This document shows, in pieces, positions 1 through 15,832 of a stretch of DNA of 64,000 nt (position 1 is its first letter; each line of letters starts with the position of its first letter). The DNA comes from Heterodontus francisci (Eukaryota): NCBI RefSeq assembly GCF_036365525.1, contig NC_090399.1, positions 51,926,430-51,990,429 on the forward strand. Direction: 5' to 3'. The position numbers were made by a program, and so were the translations under genes. The notes beneath the pieces were generated by a model. That model made no database searches. It was not told where the DNA came from and saw only the letters and a list, made by a program, of their open reading frames with translations.

Positions 1-143
1 ACCTGATGGTGTGGTGGAACAGACACTGTAACTGACCTGATGGTGTGTGTGGAACAGACACTGTAACTGACCTGATGGTGTGTGCGGAACAGACACTGTA
101 ACTGGCATGATGGTGGGTGTAGAACGGACACAGTAACTGACAT

Positions 144-331
144 AAAAGCAAAATACTGCGGATGCTGGAAATCTGAAATAAAAACAAGAAATGCTGGAAC
201 CACTCAGCAGGTCGGGCAGCATCTGTGGAAAGAGAAGCAGATTTTACGTTTCGGGTCAGCGACCCTTCATTGGAACAGTTCCTATGAAGGGTCACTGACC
301 CGAACCGTTAACTCTGCTTCTCTTTCCACAG
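144..331. mobile_element. Palindromic Penelope-like terminal-repeat fragment embedded in the satellite; further copies at 3691, 6262, 9258, 12565, 16795, 18183, 19188, 22337
   Basis: Starts AAAAGCAAAATACTGCGGATGCTGGAAATCTGAAATAAAAACAAG. It has 54-nt inverted arms (223-276 and 278-331) and is flanked by the direct repeat CACAGTAACTGACAT (129-143 and 327-341). The same family occurs singly at 28240 and 48992. The Penelope assignment is an inference from the inverted-terminus structure and the hammerhead-like motif. Confidence 0.7.
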
Positions 332-3300
332 TAACTGACATGATGTTGCGTGTGGAACAGACCCTGTAGCTTACCTGATGGTGTATGTGGAACAGACACT
401 GTAACTGACATGATGGTGTGTGTGGAACAGACACTGGAACTGACATGATGGCATGCGTGGAACAGACACTGGAACTGACATGATGGCATGTGTGGAACAG
501 ACACTGTAACTGACCTGATGGTGTGTGTGCAACAGACACTGTAACTGACCAGATGGTGTGTGTGAAACAAACACAGTAACTGATCTGATGGTATGTGTGG
601 AACAGACACAGTAACTGACCTGATGGTATGTGTGGAACAGATACTGTAACTGACATGATGGTGTTAGTGAAACAGTCAATTTAACTACATGATGGTGTGA
701 GTGGAAGAGACACTGTAACTGACCTGATGGTGTATGTGGAACAGACACTGTAACTGGCATGATGGTGTGTGTGGAACAGACACTGTAACTGACCTGATGG
801 TTTGTGTGGAACAGACACTGTAACTGACATGATGGTGTGTGTGGAACAGACACTGTAACTGACATGATGGTGTTTGTGAAACAGACACTGTAACTGACAT
901 GATGGTGTATGTGGAACGGACACTGTAAGTGACATGATGGTGTGAGTGAAACAGACGCTGTAACTGACATGATGGTGTTAGTGAAACAGACAATTTAACT
1001 ACATGATGGTGTGAGTGGAAGAGACACTGTAACTGTCATGATGGTGCGTGTGGAACATACGCTGTAGCTAACCTGATGGTGTATGTGGAACAGACACTGT
1101 AACTGGCATGATGGTGTGTGTGGAACAGTTACTGTAACTGACCTGATGGTTTGTGTGGAACAGACACTGTAACTGACCTGATGGTTTGTGTGGAACAGAC
1201 ACTGTAACTGACATGAAGGTGTTTGTGAAACAGACACTGTAACTGACATGATGGTGTATGTGGAACAGACACTGTAAGTGACATGATGGTGTGAGTGAAA
1301 CAGACACTGTAACTGACATGATGGTGTATGTGGAACAGACACTGTAAGTGACATGATGGTGTGAGTGAAACAGACAATTTAACGACATGATGGCGTGAGT
1401 GGAAGAGACACTGTAACTGACATGATGGTGCGTGTGGAACAGACGCTGTAGCTAACCTGAAGGTGTGAGTGAAACAGACACTGTAACTGACATGATGGTG
1501 TTAGTGAAACAGACAATTTAACTACATGATGGTGTGAGTGGAAGAGACACTGTGACTGACATGATGGTGCGTGTGGAACAGACGCTGTAGCTAACCTGAT
1601 GGTGTGTGTGGAACAGATACTGTAACTGACCTGATGGTTTGTGTGGAACAGATACTGTAACTGACATGATGGTGTGAGTGAAACAGACACTGTAACTGAC
1701 ATGATGGTGTTAGTGAAACAGACAATTTAACTACATGATGGTGTGAGTGGAAGAGACACTGTAACTGACATGATGGTGTGAGTGAAACAGACACTGTAAC
1801 TGACATGATGGTGTTAGTGAAACAGACAATTTAACTACATGATGGTGTGAGTGGAAGAGACACTGTGACTGACATGATGGTGCGTGTGGAACAGACGCTG
1901 TAGCTAACCTGATGGTGTGTGTGGAACAGATACTGTAACTGACCTGATGGTTTGTGTGGAACAGATACTGTAACTGACATGATGGTGTGAGTGAAACAGA
2001 CACTGTAACTGACATGATGGTGTTAGTGAAACAGACAATTTAACTACATGATGGTGTGAGTGAAACAGACACTGTAACTGACATGATGGTGTTAGTGAAA
2101 CAGACAATTTAACTACATGATGGTGTGAGTGGAAGAGAGACTGTAACTGACATGATGGTGCGTGTGGAACAGACACTGTAACTGACCTGATGGTGTGTGT
2201 GAAACAAACACAGTAACTGACCTGATGTTAAGTGTGGAACAGACACTGTAACTGACATAATGGTGTGTGTGCAACAGACACTGTAACTGACCTGATGGTG
2301 TGCGTGAAACAAACACAGTAACTGACCTGATGTTAAGTGTGGAACAGACACTGTAACTGACATGATGGTGTGTGTGGAACAGACACTGTAACTGACATGA
2401 TGGTTTTTGTGGAACAGACACTGTAACTGACCTGATGGTGTGTGTGCAACAGACACTGTAACTGACCTGATGGTGTGTGTGAAACAAACACAGTAACTGA
2501 CCTGATGTTAAGTGTGGAACAGACACTGTAACTGACATAATGGTGTGTGTGGAACAGACTCTATAACTGACATGATGGTTTTCGTTGAACAGACAATGTA
2601 ACTGACATAATGGTGTGTGTGCAACAGACACTGTAACTGACCTGATGGTGTGCGTGAAACAAACACAGTAACTGACCTGATGTTAAGTGTGGAACAGACA
2701 CTGTAACTGACATGATGGTCTGAGTGGAACAGATACTGTAACTGACATGATGGTGTGAGCGGAACAGACACTGAAACTGGCATGATGGTGTGTGTGGAAC
2801 AGACTCTATAACTGACATGATGGTTTTTGTTGAACAGACACTGTAACTGCCATGATGGTGTGAGTGGAACAGACACTGAAACTGACATGAGGTGTGAGTG
2901 GAACAGATACTGTAACTGACATGATGGTGTGTGCGGAACAGACACTGTAACTGGCATGATGGTGTGTGTGGAACAGACACGAGAACTGACAGGACGGTGT
3001 TTGTTGAACAGATACTGTAACTGCCGTGATGGTGTGAGGGGTACAGTCACTCACTGTGACTGAAATGATGTGTGTGGAACAGACACTATAAGTGACATGA
3101 TGGTGTGTGTGAAACAGACACTGTAACTGACCTGATGGTGTCGTGGAACAGACACTGTAACTGACCTGATGGTCTGTGTGAAACAGACACTGTAACTGAC
3201 ATGATGGTGTTAGTGAAACAGACAATTTAACTACATGATGGTGTGAGTAGAAGAGAGACTGTAACTAACATGATGGTGTGTGTGGAACAGACACTGTAAC

Positions 3301-6300
3301 TGACATGATGGTTTACGTTGAACAGACACTGTAACTGCCATCATGGTGTGAGTGGAAATGACACTGAAACTGACATGGTGATGTGAGTGGTACAGACACT
3401 CACTGTGACTGCAATGATGTGTGTGGAACAGACACTGTAACTGACATGAGGTGTGTGTGGAACAGACAATGTAAATGATACGATGGTGTGTGTGAAACAG
3501 ACACTGTACCTGACCTTGTCTTGTGTGTGGAACAGACACTGGAACTGACCTGATGGTGTGGTGGAACAGACACTGTAACTGACCTGATGGTGTGTGTGGA
3601 ACAGACACTGTAACTGACCTGATGGTGTGTGCGGAACAGACACTGTAACTGGCATGATGGTGGGTGTAGAACGGACACAGTAACTGACATAAAAGCAAAA
3701 TACTGCGGATGCTGGAAATCTGAAATAAAAACAAGAAATGCTGGAACCACTCAGCAGGTCGGGCAGCATCTGTGGAAAGAGAAGCAGATTTTACGTTTCG
3801 GGTCAGCGACCCTTCATTGGAACAGTTCCTATGAAGGGTCACTGACCCGAACCGTTAACTCTGCTTCTCTTTCCACAGTAACTGACATGATGTTGCGTGT
3901 GGAACAGACCCTGTAGCTTACCTGATGGTGTATGTGGAACAGACACTGTAACTGACATGATGGTGTGTGTGGAACAGACACTGGAACTGACATGATGGCA
4001 TGCGTGGAACAGACACTGGAACTGACATGATGGCATGTGTGGAACAGACACTGTAACTGACCTGATGGTGTGTGTGCAACAGACACTGTAACTGACCAGA
4101 TGGTGTGTGTGAAACAAACACAGTAACTGACCTGATGGTATGTGTGGAACAGACACAGTAACTGACCTGATGGTATGTGTGGAACAGATACTGTAACTGA
4201 CATGATGGTGTTAGTGAAACAGTCAATTTAACTACATGATGGTGTGAGTGGAAGAGACACTGTAACTGACCTGATGGTGTATGTGGAACAGACACTGTAA
4301 CTGGCATGATGGTGTGTGTGGAACAGACACTGTAACTGACCTGATGGTTTGTGTGGAACAGACACTGTAACTGACATGATGGTGTGTGTGGAACAGACAC
4401 TGTAACTGACATGATGGTGTTTGTGAAACAGACACTGTAACTGACATGATGGTGTGAGTGAAACAGACACTGTAACTGACATGATGGTGTATGTGGAACA
4501 GACACTGTAAGTGACATGATGGTGTGAGTGAAACAGACAATTTAACGACATGATGGTGTGAGTGGAAGAGACACTGTAACTGACATGATGGTGCGTGTGG
4601 AACAGACGCTGTAGCTAACCTGAAGGTGTGAGTGAAACAGACACTGTAACTGACATGATGGTGTTAGTGAAACAGACAATTTAACTACATGATGGTGTGA
4701 GTGGAAGAGACACTGTGACTGACATGATGGTGCGTGTGGAACAGACGCTGTAGCTAACCTGATGGTGTGTGTGGAACAGATACTGTAACTGACCTGATGG
4801 TTTGTGTGGAACAGATACTGTAACTGACATGATGGTGTGAGTGAAACAGACACTGTAACTGACATGATGGTGTTAGTGAAACAGACAATTTAACTACATG
4901 ATGGTGTGAGTGGAAGAGACACTGTAACTGACATGATGGTGTGAGTGAAACAGACACTGTAACTGACATGATGGTGTTAGTGAAACAGACAATTTAACTA
5001 CATGATGGTGTGAGTGGAAGAGAGACTGTAACTGACATGATGGTGCGTGTGGAACAGACACTGTAACTGACCTGATGGTGTGTGTGAAACAAACACAGTA
5101 ACTGACCTGATGTTAAGTGTGGAACAGACACTGTAACTGACATAATGGTGTGTGTGCAACAGACACTGTAACTGACCTGATGGTGTGTGTGGAACAGATA
5201 CTGTAACTGACCTGATGGTTTGTGTGGAACAGATACTGTAACTGACATGATGGTGTGAGTGAAACAGACACTGTAACTGACATGATGGTGTTAGTGAAAC
5301 AGACAATTTAACTACATGATGGTGTGAGTGGAAGAGACACTGTAACTGACATGATGGTGTGAGTGAAACAGACACTGTAACTGACATGATGGTGTTAGTG
5401 AAACAGACAATTTAACTACATGATGGTGTGAGTGGAAGAGAGACTGTAACTGACATGATGGTGCGTGTGGAACAGACACTGTAACTGACCTGATGGTGTG
5501 TGTGAAACAAACACAGTAACTGACCTGATGTTAAGTGTGGAACAGACACTGTAACTGACATAATGGTGTGTGTGCAACAGACACTGTAACTGACCTGATG
5601 GTGTGCGTGAAACAAACACAGTAATTGACCTGATGTTAAGTGTGGAACAGACACTGTAACTGACATGATGGTGTGTGTGGAACAGACACTGTAACTGACA
5701 TGATGGTTTTTGTGGAACAGACACTGTAACTGACCTGATGGTGTGTGTGGAACAGACACTGTAACTGACATAATGGTGTGTGTGGAACAGACTCTATAAC
5801 TGACATGATGGTTTTCGTTGAACAGACAATGTAACTGACATAATGGTGTGTGTGCAACAGACACTGTAACTGACCTGATGGTGTGCGTGAAACAAACACA
5901 GTAACTGACCTGATGTTAAGTGTGGAACAGACACTGTAACTGACATGATGGTGTGTGTGGAACAGACACTGTAACTGACCTGATGGTTTGTGTGGAACAG
6001 ACACTGTAACTGACATAATGGTGTGTGTGCAACAGACACTGTAACTGACCTGATTGTGTGCGTGAAACAAACACAGTAACTGACCTGATGTTAAGTGTGG
6101 AACAGACACTGTAACTGACATGATGGTGTGTGTGGAACAGACGCTGTAACTGACATGATGGTTTTCGTTGAACAGACAATGTAACTGACCTGATGGTGTG
6201 CGTGGAACAGACACTGTAACTGGCATGATGGTGGGTGTAGAACGGACACAGTAACTGACATAAAAGCAAAATACTGCGGATGCGGGAAATCTGAAATAAA

Positions 6301-9300
6301 AACAAGAAATGCTGGAACCACTCAGCAGGTCTGGCAGCATCTGTGGAAAGAGAAGCAGATTTTACATTTCGGGTCAGTGACCCTTCATTGGAACAGTTCC
6401 GATGAAGGGTCACTGACCCGAACCGTTAACTCTGCTTCGCTTTCCACAGTAACTGACATGATGGTGCGTGTGGAACAGACCCTGTCGCTAACCTGATGGT
6501 GGATGTGGAACAGACACTGTAACTGACATGATGGTGTGTGTGGAACAGACACTGGAACTGACATGATGGTTTGTGTGGAACGGACACTGTAACTGACATA
6601 ATGGCGTGTGTGGAACAGACACTGTAACTGACCTGATGGTGTGTGTGCAACAGACACAGTAACTGACCTGATGTTAAGTGTGGAACGGACACAGTAACTG
6701 ACATGATGGTGTCTGTGGAACAGACACTGCAACTGACATGAAGGTGTGAGTGCAACAGACACTGTAACTGACATTATGGTGTGTGTGGAACAGACACTGC
6801 AACTGACATGATGGTGTGTGTGGAACAGACACTGTAACTGACCTGATGGTGTGCGTGGAACAGACACTGTAACTGACATGATGGTGTTTGTGGAATGGAC
6901 ACTGTAACTGACATGATGGTGTGTGTGGAACAGACACTGTAACTGATATGATGGTGTGAGTGGAACAGTCATTCTAACGGACAGGATGGTGTGTGTGTCC
7001 AACAGACACTGTAACTGACCTGATGGTGTGTGTCGAACAGACACTGTAACTGACATGATGTTGTGTGTGGAACAGACACTGTAACTGACATGATGGTGTG
7101 TGTGAAACAGACACTGTAACTGACCTGATGGTGTGTGTGCAACAGACACTGTATCTGACCTGATGGTGTGTGTCGAACAGACACTGTAACTGACATGATG
7201 TTGTGTGTGGAACAGACACTGTAACTGACATGATGGTGTGTGTGGAACAGACACTGTAACTCACCTGATGGTGTGTTTGCAACAGACACTCTAACTGACC
7301 TGATGGTGTGTGTGACATAAGCACATTAACTGTCCGGATGTTAAGTGTGGAACAGAAACTGTAACTGACATGATGGAGTCAGTGAAACAGACACAGTAAC
7401 TAACATGATGGTGTTAGGAAAACAGACACTTTAACTGACATGATGGTGTGAGTGGAAGAGACATTGCAACTGACATGTTGGTGTGTGTGGAACAGACACT
7501 GTAACTGACATGATGGTGTGTGTGGAACAGACACTGTAACTGACATGATGGTGTGAGTGGAACAGATACTGTAACTGAAATGATGGTGTGTGCGGAACAG
7601 ACACTGTAACTGGCATGATGGTGTGTGTGGAACAGACTCTATAACTGACATGATGGTTTTTGTTGAACAGACGCTGTAACTGCCATGATGGTGTGAGTGG
7701 AACAGACACTGAAACTGACATGAGGTGTGTGTGGAACAGATGCTGTAACTGACATGATGGTGTGTGCGGAACAGACACTGTAACTGGCATGATGGTGTGT
7801 GTGCAACAGACACAGTATCTGACCTGATGGTGTGTGTCGAACAGACATGTAACTGACATGATGTTGTGTGTGGAACAGACACTGTAACTGACATGATGGT
7901 GTGTGTGAAACAGACACTGCAACTGACCTGATGGTGTGTGTGCAACAGACACTGTATCTGACCTGATGGTGTGTGTCGAACAGACACTATAACTGACATG
8001 ATGTTGTGTGTGGAACAGACACTGTAACTGACATGATGGTGTGTGTGGAACAGACACTGTAACTCACCTGATGGTGTGTTTGCAACAGACACTCTAACTG
8101 ACCTGATGGTGTGTGTGAAATAAGCACAGTAACTGTCCGGATGTTAAGTGTGGAACAGACACTGTAACTGACATGATGGTGTCAGTGAAACAGACACAGT
8201 AACTAACATGATGGTGCTGGTAAAACAGACACTTTAACTGACATGATGGTGTGATTGGAAGAGACATTGTAACTGACATGTTGGTGTGTGTGGAACAGAC
8301 ACTGCAACTGACATGATGGGGTGTGTGGAACAGACACTGTAACTGACATGATGGTGTGAGTGGAACAGATACTGTAACTGACATGATGGTGTGTGCGGAA
8401 CAGACACTGTAACTGGCATGATGGTGTGTGTGGAACAGACTCTATAACTGACATGATGGTTTTTGTTGAACAGACACTGTAACTGCCATGATGGTGTGAG
8501 TGGAACAGACACTGAAACTGACATGAGGTGTGTGTGGAACAGATACTGTAACTGACATGATGTTGTGTGCGGAACAGACACTGTAACTGGAATGATGGTG
8601 TGTGTGGAACAGACACGAGAACTGACAGGACGGTGTTTGTTGAACAGATACTGTAACTGCCGTGATGGTGTGAGGGGTACAGACACTCACTGTGACTGAA
8701 ATGATGTGTGTGGAACAGACACTGTAAGTGACATGATGGTGCGTGTGAAACAGACACTGTAACTGACCTGATGGTCTGTGTGAAACAGACACTGTAACTG
8801 ACATGATGGTGTTAGTGAAACAGACAATTTAACTACATGATGGTGTGAGTAGAAGAGAGACTGTAACTAACATGATGGTGTGTGTGGAACAGACACTGGA
8901 ACTGACATGATGGTTTTCGTTGAACAGACACTGTAACTGCCATCATGGTGTGAGTGGAAAAGACACTGAAACTGACATGGTGGTGTGAGTGGTACAGACA
9001 CTCACTGTGACTGCAATGATGTGTGTGGAACAGACACTGTAACTGGCATGAGGTGTGTGTGGAACAGACAATGTAAATGATACGATGGTGTATGTGGAAC
9101 AGACACTGGAACTGACCAGATGGTGTGGTGGAACAGACACTGTAACTGACCTGATGGTGTGTGTGGAACAGACACTGTAACTGACATGATGGTGTGTGCG
9201 GAACAGACACTGTAACTGGCATGATGGTGGGTGTAGAACGGACACAGTAACTGACATAAAAGCAAAATACTGCGGATGCTGGAAATCTGAAATAAAAACA

Positions 9301-12300
9301 AGAAATGCTGGAACCACTCAGCAGGTCGGGCAGCATCTGTGGAAAGAGAAGCAGATTTTACATTTCGGGTCAGCGACCCTTCATTGGAACATTTCCTATG
9401 AAGGGTCACTGACCCGAACCGTTAACTCTGCTTCTCTTTCCACAGTAACTGACATGATGGTGCGTGTGGAACAGACCCTGTAGCTAACCTGATGGTGTAT
9501 GTGGAACAGACACTGTAACTGACATGATGTTGTGTGTGGAACAGACACTGTAACTGACATGATGGTGTGTGTGAAACAGACACTGTAACTGACCTGATGG
9601 TGTGTGTGCAACAGACACTGTATCTGACCTGATGGTGTGTGTCGAACAGACACTGTAACTGACATGATGTTGTGTGTGGAACTGACACTGTAACTGACAT
9701 GATGGTGTGTGTGGAACAGACACTGTAACTCACCTGATGGTGTGTTTGCAACAGACACTCTAACTGACCTGATGGTGAGTGTGAAATAAGCACAGTAACT
9801 GTCCGGATGTTAAGTGTGGAACAGACACTGTAACTGACATGATGGTGTCAGTGAAACAGACACAGTAACTAACATGATGGTGTTAGTAAAACAGACACTT
9901 TAACTGACATGATGGTGTGAGTGGAAGAGGCATTGTAACTGACATGTTGGTGTGTGTGGAACAGACACTGTAACTGACATGATGGGGTGTGTGGAACAGA
10001 CACTCTAACTGACATGATGGTGTGAGTGGAACAGATACTGTAACTGACATGATGGTGTGTGCGGAACAGACACTGTAACTGGCATGATGGTGTGTGTGGA
10101 ACAGACTCTATAACTGACATGATGGTTTTTTTTGAACAGACACTGTAACTGCCATCATGGTGTGAGTGGAACAGACACTGAAACTGACATGAGGTGTGTG
10201 TGGAACAGATACTGTAACTGACTTGATGGTGTGTGCGGAACAGACACTGTAACTGGCATGATGGTGTGTGTGGAACAGACACGAGAACTGACAGGACGGT
10301 GTTTGTTGAACAGATACTGTAACTGCCGTGATGGTGTGAGGGGTACAGATACTCACTGTGACTGAAATGATGTGAGTGGAACAGACACTGTAACTGACCT
10401 GATGGTCTGTGTGAAACAGACACTGTAACTGACATGATGGTGTTAGTGAAACAGACAATTTAACTACATGATGGTGTGAGTAGAAGAGAGACTGTAACTA
10501 ACATGATGGTGTGTGTGGAACAGACACTGTAACTGACATGATGGTTTTCGTTGAACAGACACTGTAACTGCCATCATGGTGTGAGTGGAAAAGACACTGA
10601 AACTGACATGGTGGTGTGAGTGGTACAGACACTCACTGTGACTGCAATGATGTGTGTGGAACAGACACTGTAAGTGACATGATGGTGCATGTGGAACAGA
10701 CGCTCAAGCTAACCTGAAGGTGTGAGTGAAACAGACACTGTAACTGACATGATGGTGTTAGTGAAACAGACAATTTAACTACATGATGGTGTGAGTGGAA
10801 GAGACACTGTGACTGGCATGATGGTGCGTGTGGAACAGATGCTGTAGCTAACCTGATGGTGTGTGTGGAACAGATACTGTAACTGACCTGATGGTTTGTG
10901 TGGAACAGATACTGTAACTGACATAATGGTGTGAGTGAAACAGACACTGTAACTGACATGATGGTGTTAGTGAAACAGACAATTTAACTACATGATGGTG
11001 TGAGTGGAAGAGACACTGTAACTGACATGATGGTGTGAGAGAAACAGACACTGTAACTGACATGATGGTGTTAGTGAAACAGACAATTTAACTACATGAT
11101 GGTTTTTGTGGAACAGACACTGTAACTGACCTGATGGTGTGTGTGAAACAAACACAGTAACTGACCTGATGTTAAGTGTGGAACAGACACTGTAACTGAC
11201 ATAATGGTGTGTGTGCAACAGACACTGTAACTGACCTGATGGTGTGCGTGAAACAAACACAGTAACTGACCTGATGTTAAGTGTGGAACAGACACTGTAA
11301 CTGACATGATGGTGTGTGTGGAACAGACACTGTAACTGACATGATGGTTTTTGTGGAACAGACACTGTAACTGACCTGATGGTGTGTGTGCAACAGACAC
11401 TGTAACTGACCTGATGGTGTGTGTGAAACAAACACAGTAACTGACCTGATGTTAAGTGTGGAACAGACACTGTAACTGACATAATGGTGTGTGTGGAACA
11501 GACTCTATAACTGACATGATGGTTTTCGTTGAACAGACAATGTAACTGACATAATGGTGTGTGTGCAACAGACACTGTAACTGACCTGATGGTGTGCGTG
11601 AAACAAACACAGTAACTGACCTGATGTTAAGTGTGGAACAGACACTGTAACTGACATGATGGTCTGAGTGGAACAGATACTGTAACTGACATGATGGTGT
11701 GAGCGGAACAGACACTGAAACTGGCATGATGGTGTGTGTGGAACAGACTCTATAACTGACATGATGGTTTTTGTTGAACAGACACTGTAACTGCCATGAT
11801 GGTGTGAGTGGAACAGACACTGAAACTGACATGAGGTGTGAGTGGAACAGATACTGTAACTGGCATGATGGTGTGTGTGGAACAGACACGAGAACTGACA
11901 GGACGGTGTTTGTTGAACAGATACTGTAACTGCCGTGATGGTGTGAGGGGTACAGTCACTCACTGTGACTGAAATGATGTGTGTGGAACAGACACTGTAA
12001 CTGACCTGATGGTGTCGTGGAACAGACACTGTAACTGACCTGATGGTCTGTGTGAAACAGACACTGTAACTGACATGATGGTGTTAGTGAAACAGACAAT
12101 TTAACTACATGATGGTGTGAGTAGAAGAGAGACTGTAACTAACATGATGGTGTGTGTGGAACAGACACTGTAACTGACATGATGGTTTACGTTGAACAGA
12201 CACTGTAACTGCCATCATGGTGTGAGTGGAAATGACACTGAAACTGACATGGTGATGTGAGTGGTACAGACACTCACTGTGACTGCAATGATGTGTGTGG

Positions 12301-14245
12301 AACAGACACTGTAACTGACATGAGGTGTGTGTGGAACAGACAATGTAAATGATACGATGGTGTGTGTGAAACAGACACTGTACCTGACCTTGTCTTGTGT
12401 GTGGAACAGACACTGGAACTGACCTGATGGTGTGGTGGAACAGACACTGTAACTGACCTGATGGTGTGTGTGGAACAGACACTGTAACTGACCTGATGGT
12501 GTGTGCGGAACAGACACTGTAACTGGCATGATGGTGGGTGTAGAATGGACACAGTAACTGACATAAAAGCAAAATACTGCGGATGCTGGAAATCTGAAAT
12601 AAAAACAAGAAATGCTGGAACCACTCAGCAGGTCGGGCAGCATCTGTGGAAAGAGAAGCAGATTTTACATTTCGGGTCAGCGACCCTTCATTGGAACAGT
12701 TCCTATGAAGGGTCACTGACCCGAACCGTTAACTCTGCTTCTCTTTCCACAGTAACTGACATGATGTTGCGTGTGGAACAGACCCTGTAGCTAACCTGAT
12801 GGTGTATGTGGAACAGACACTGTAACTGACATGATGGTGTGTGTGGAACAGACACTGGAACTGACATGATGGCATGCGTGGAACAGACACTGGAACTGAC
12901 ATGATGGCATGTGTGGAACAGACACTGTAACTGACCTGATGGTGTGTGTGCAACAGACACTGTAACTGACCAGATGGTGTGTGTGAAACAAACACAGTAA
13001 CTGACCTGATGGTATGTGTGGAACAGACACAGTAACTGACCTGATGGTATGTGTGGAAAAGATACTGTAACTGACATGATGGTGTTAGTGAAACAGTCAA
13101 TTTAACTACATGATGGTGTGAGTGGAAGAGACACTGTAACTGACCTGATGGTGTATGTGGAACAGACACTGTAACTGGCATGATGGTGTGTGTGGAACAG
13201 ACACTGTAACTGACCTGATGGTTTGTGTGGAACAGACACTGTAACTGACATGATGGTGTGTGTGGAACAGACACTGTAACTGACATGATGGTGTTTGTGA
13301 AACAGACACTGTAACTGACATGATGGTGTATGTGGAACGGACACTGTAAGTGACATGATGGTGTGAGTGAAACAGACACTGTAACTGACATGATGGTGTT
13401 AGTGAAACAGACAATTTAACTACATGATGGTGTGAGTGGAAGAGACACTGTAACTGTCATGATGGTGCGTGTGGAACATACGCTGTAGCTAACCTGATGG
13501 TGTATGTGGAACAGACACTGTAACAGGCATGATGGTGTGTGTGGAACAGTTACTGTAACTGACCTGATGGTTTGTGTGGAACAGACACTGTAACTGACCT
13601 GATGGTTTGTGTGGAACAGACACTGTAACTGACATGATGGTGTTTGTGAAACAGACACTGTAACTGACATGATGGTGTATGTGGAACAGACACTGTAAGT
13701 GACATGATGGTGTGAGTGAAACAGACACTGTAACTGACATGATGGTGTATGTGGAACAGACACTGTAAGTGACATGATGGTGTGAGTGAAACAGACAATT
13801 TAACGACATGATGGTGTGAGTGGAAGAGACACTGTAACTGACATGATGGTGCGTGTGGAACAGACGCTGTAGCTAACCTGAAGGTGTGAGTGAAACAGAC
13901 ACTGTAACTGACATGATGGTGTTAGTGAAACAGACAATTTAACTACATGATGGTGTGAGTGGAAGAGACACTGTGACTGACATGATGGTGCGTGTGGAAC
14001 AGACGCTGTAGCTAACCTGATGGTGTGTGTGGAACAGATACTGTAACTGACCTGATGGTTTGTGTGGAACAGATACTGTAACTGACATGATGGTGTGAGT
14101 GAAACAGACACTGTAACTGACATGATGGTGTTAGTGAAACAGACAATTTAACTACATGATGGTGTGAGTGGAAGAGACACTGTAACTGACATGATGGTGT
14201 GAGTGAAACAGACACTGTAACTGACATGATGGTGTTAGTGAAACA

Positions 14246-15832
14246 TAGAACATAGAACATAGAAAAATACAGCACAGAACAGGCCCTTCGGCCCACGATG
14301 TTGTGCCGATCCTTTGTCCTCTGTCAAGGACAATTTAATCTATACCCCATCATTCTCCTTTATCCATATACCTATCTAAAAGCCGTTTGAAAGTCCCTAA
14401 AGTTTCTGACTCAACAACTTCCCCAGGCAAGGCATTCCATGCCCCGACCACTCTCTGGGTAAAGAACCTTCCCCTGACATCCCCCTTATATCTCCCACCC
14501 TTCACCTTAAATTTATGACCCCTTGTAACGCTTTGCTCCACCCGGGGAAAAAGTTTCTGACTGTCTACCCTATCTATTCCCCTGATCATCTTATAAACCT
14601 CTATCATGTCACCCCTCATCCTTCTCCGTTCTAATGAGAAGAGGCCTAGAATGTTCAGCCTTTCCTCGTAAGACTTATTCTCCATTCCAGGCAACATCCT
14701 GGTAAATCTCCTCTGCACCCTCTCCAAGGCTTCCACATCCTTCCTAAAATGAGGCGACCAGAACTGCACACAGTACTCCAAATGAGGCCTTACCAAGGTC
14801 CTGTACAGCTGCATCATCACCTCACGGCTCTTAAATTCAATCCCTCTGCTAATGAACGCTAACACCCCATATGCCTTCTTCACAGCCCTATCCACTTGAG
14901 TTGCAACTTTCAACGATCTATGCACATAGACCCCAAGGTCTCTCTGCTCCTCCACATGCCCAAGAACCCTACCGTTAACCCAGTATTTTGCATTCGTGTT
15001 TGTCCTTCCAAAATGGACGACCTCACACTTTTCAGGGTTAAACTCCATCTGCCACTTTTCAGCCCAGCACTGCAACCTATCCAAGTCCCTTTGCAGACGA
15101 CAATAGCCCTCCTCGGTATCCACAACTCCACCAACCTTTGTATCATCTGCAAATTTACTGACCCACCCTTCGACTTCCTCATCCAAGTCGTTAATAAAAA
15201 TCACAAACAGGAGAGGACCCAGAACTGATCCCTGTGGCACGCCACTGGTAACTGGGCTCCAGGCTGAGTATTTACCATCTAAGCCCACTCTCTGCCTTCT
15301 ATCAGTTAGCCAATTCTTAATCCAACTGGCCACATTCCCCACTATCCCATGCCTCCTGACTTTCTCCATAAGTCTACCATGGGGGACCTTATCAAATGCC
15401 TTACTAAAATCCATGTACACCACATCCACTGGTTTACCCTCATCCACTTGCTTGGTCACCTGCTCAAAGAATTCAATCAGGCTTGTGAGGCAAGACCTAC
15501 CCCTCACAAAACCGTGCTGACTGTCCCGAATCAAGCAGTGTCTTTCCAGATGCTCAGAAATCCTATCCCTCAGCACCTTTTCCATCAACTTGCCTACCAC
15601 CGAAGTAAGACTAACTGGCCTGTAATTCCCAGGGTTGTTCCTATTCCCTTTCTTGAACAGGGGCACAACATTTGCCACCCTCCAATCACCTGGTACCACC
15701 CCCGTCAACAGAGAAGATGAAAAGATCATTGCCAGCGGCTCTGCAATTTCATCCCTTGCTTCCCATAACATCCTTGGATATACCCCGTCAGGCCCGGGAG
15801 ACTTGTCTATCTTCAAGTTATTCAAAAACCCC
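14246..15832 (-). mobile_element. 5'-truncated CR1-clade LINE (HER1-like) inserted in the satellite
   Basis: The RT ORF is followed by a 3' UTR and a (TTCTATG)n tail. Satellite sequence resumes on both sides with AACA shared at the junctions (14242-14245 and 15833-15836). Confidence 0.95.

Noticed and set aside
129-143. RFX X-box-like words (CAGTAACTGA, GGAACAGA) in satellite units as a multimerised MHC enhancer
   Set aside because: Only half-site similarity, with no Y box at the required spacing. Not supportable from sequence alone.
82-369. Repeated 95-97 aa plus-strand ORF (RNRHCNWHDGG...)
   Set aside because: A chance frame across the satellite/insert junction with a non-ATG start, multiplied by array duplication.
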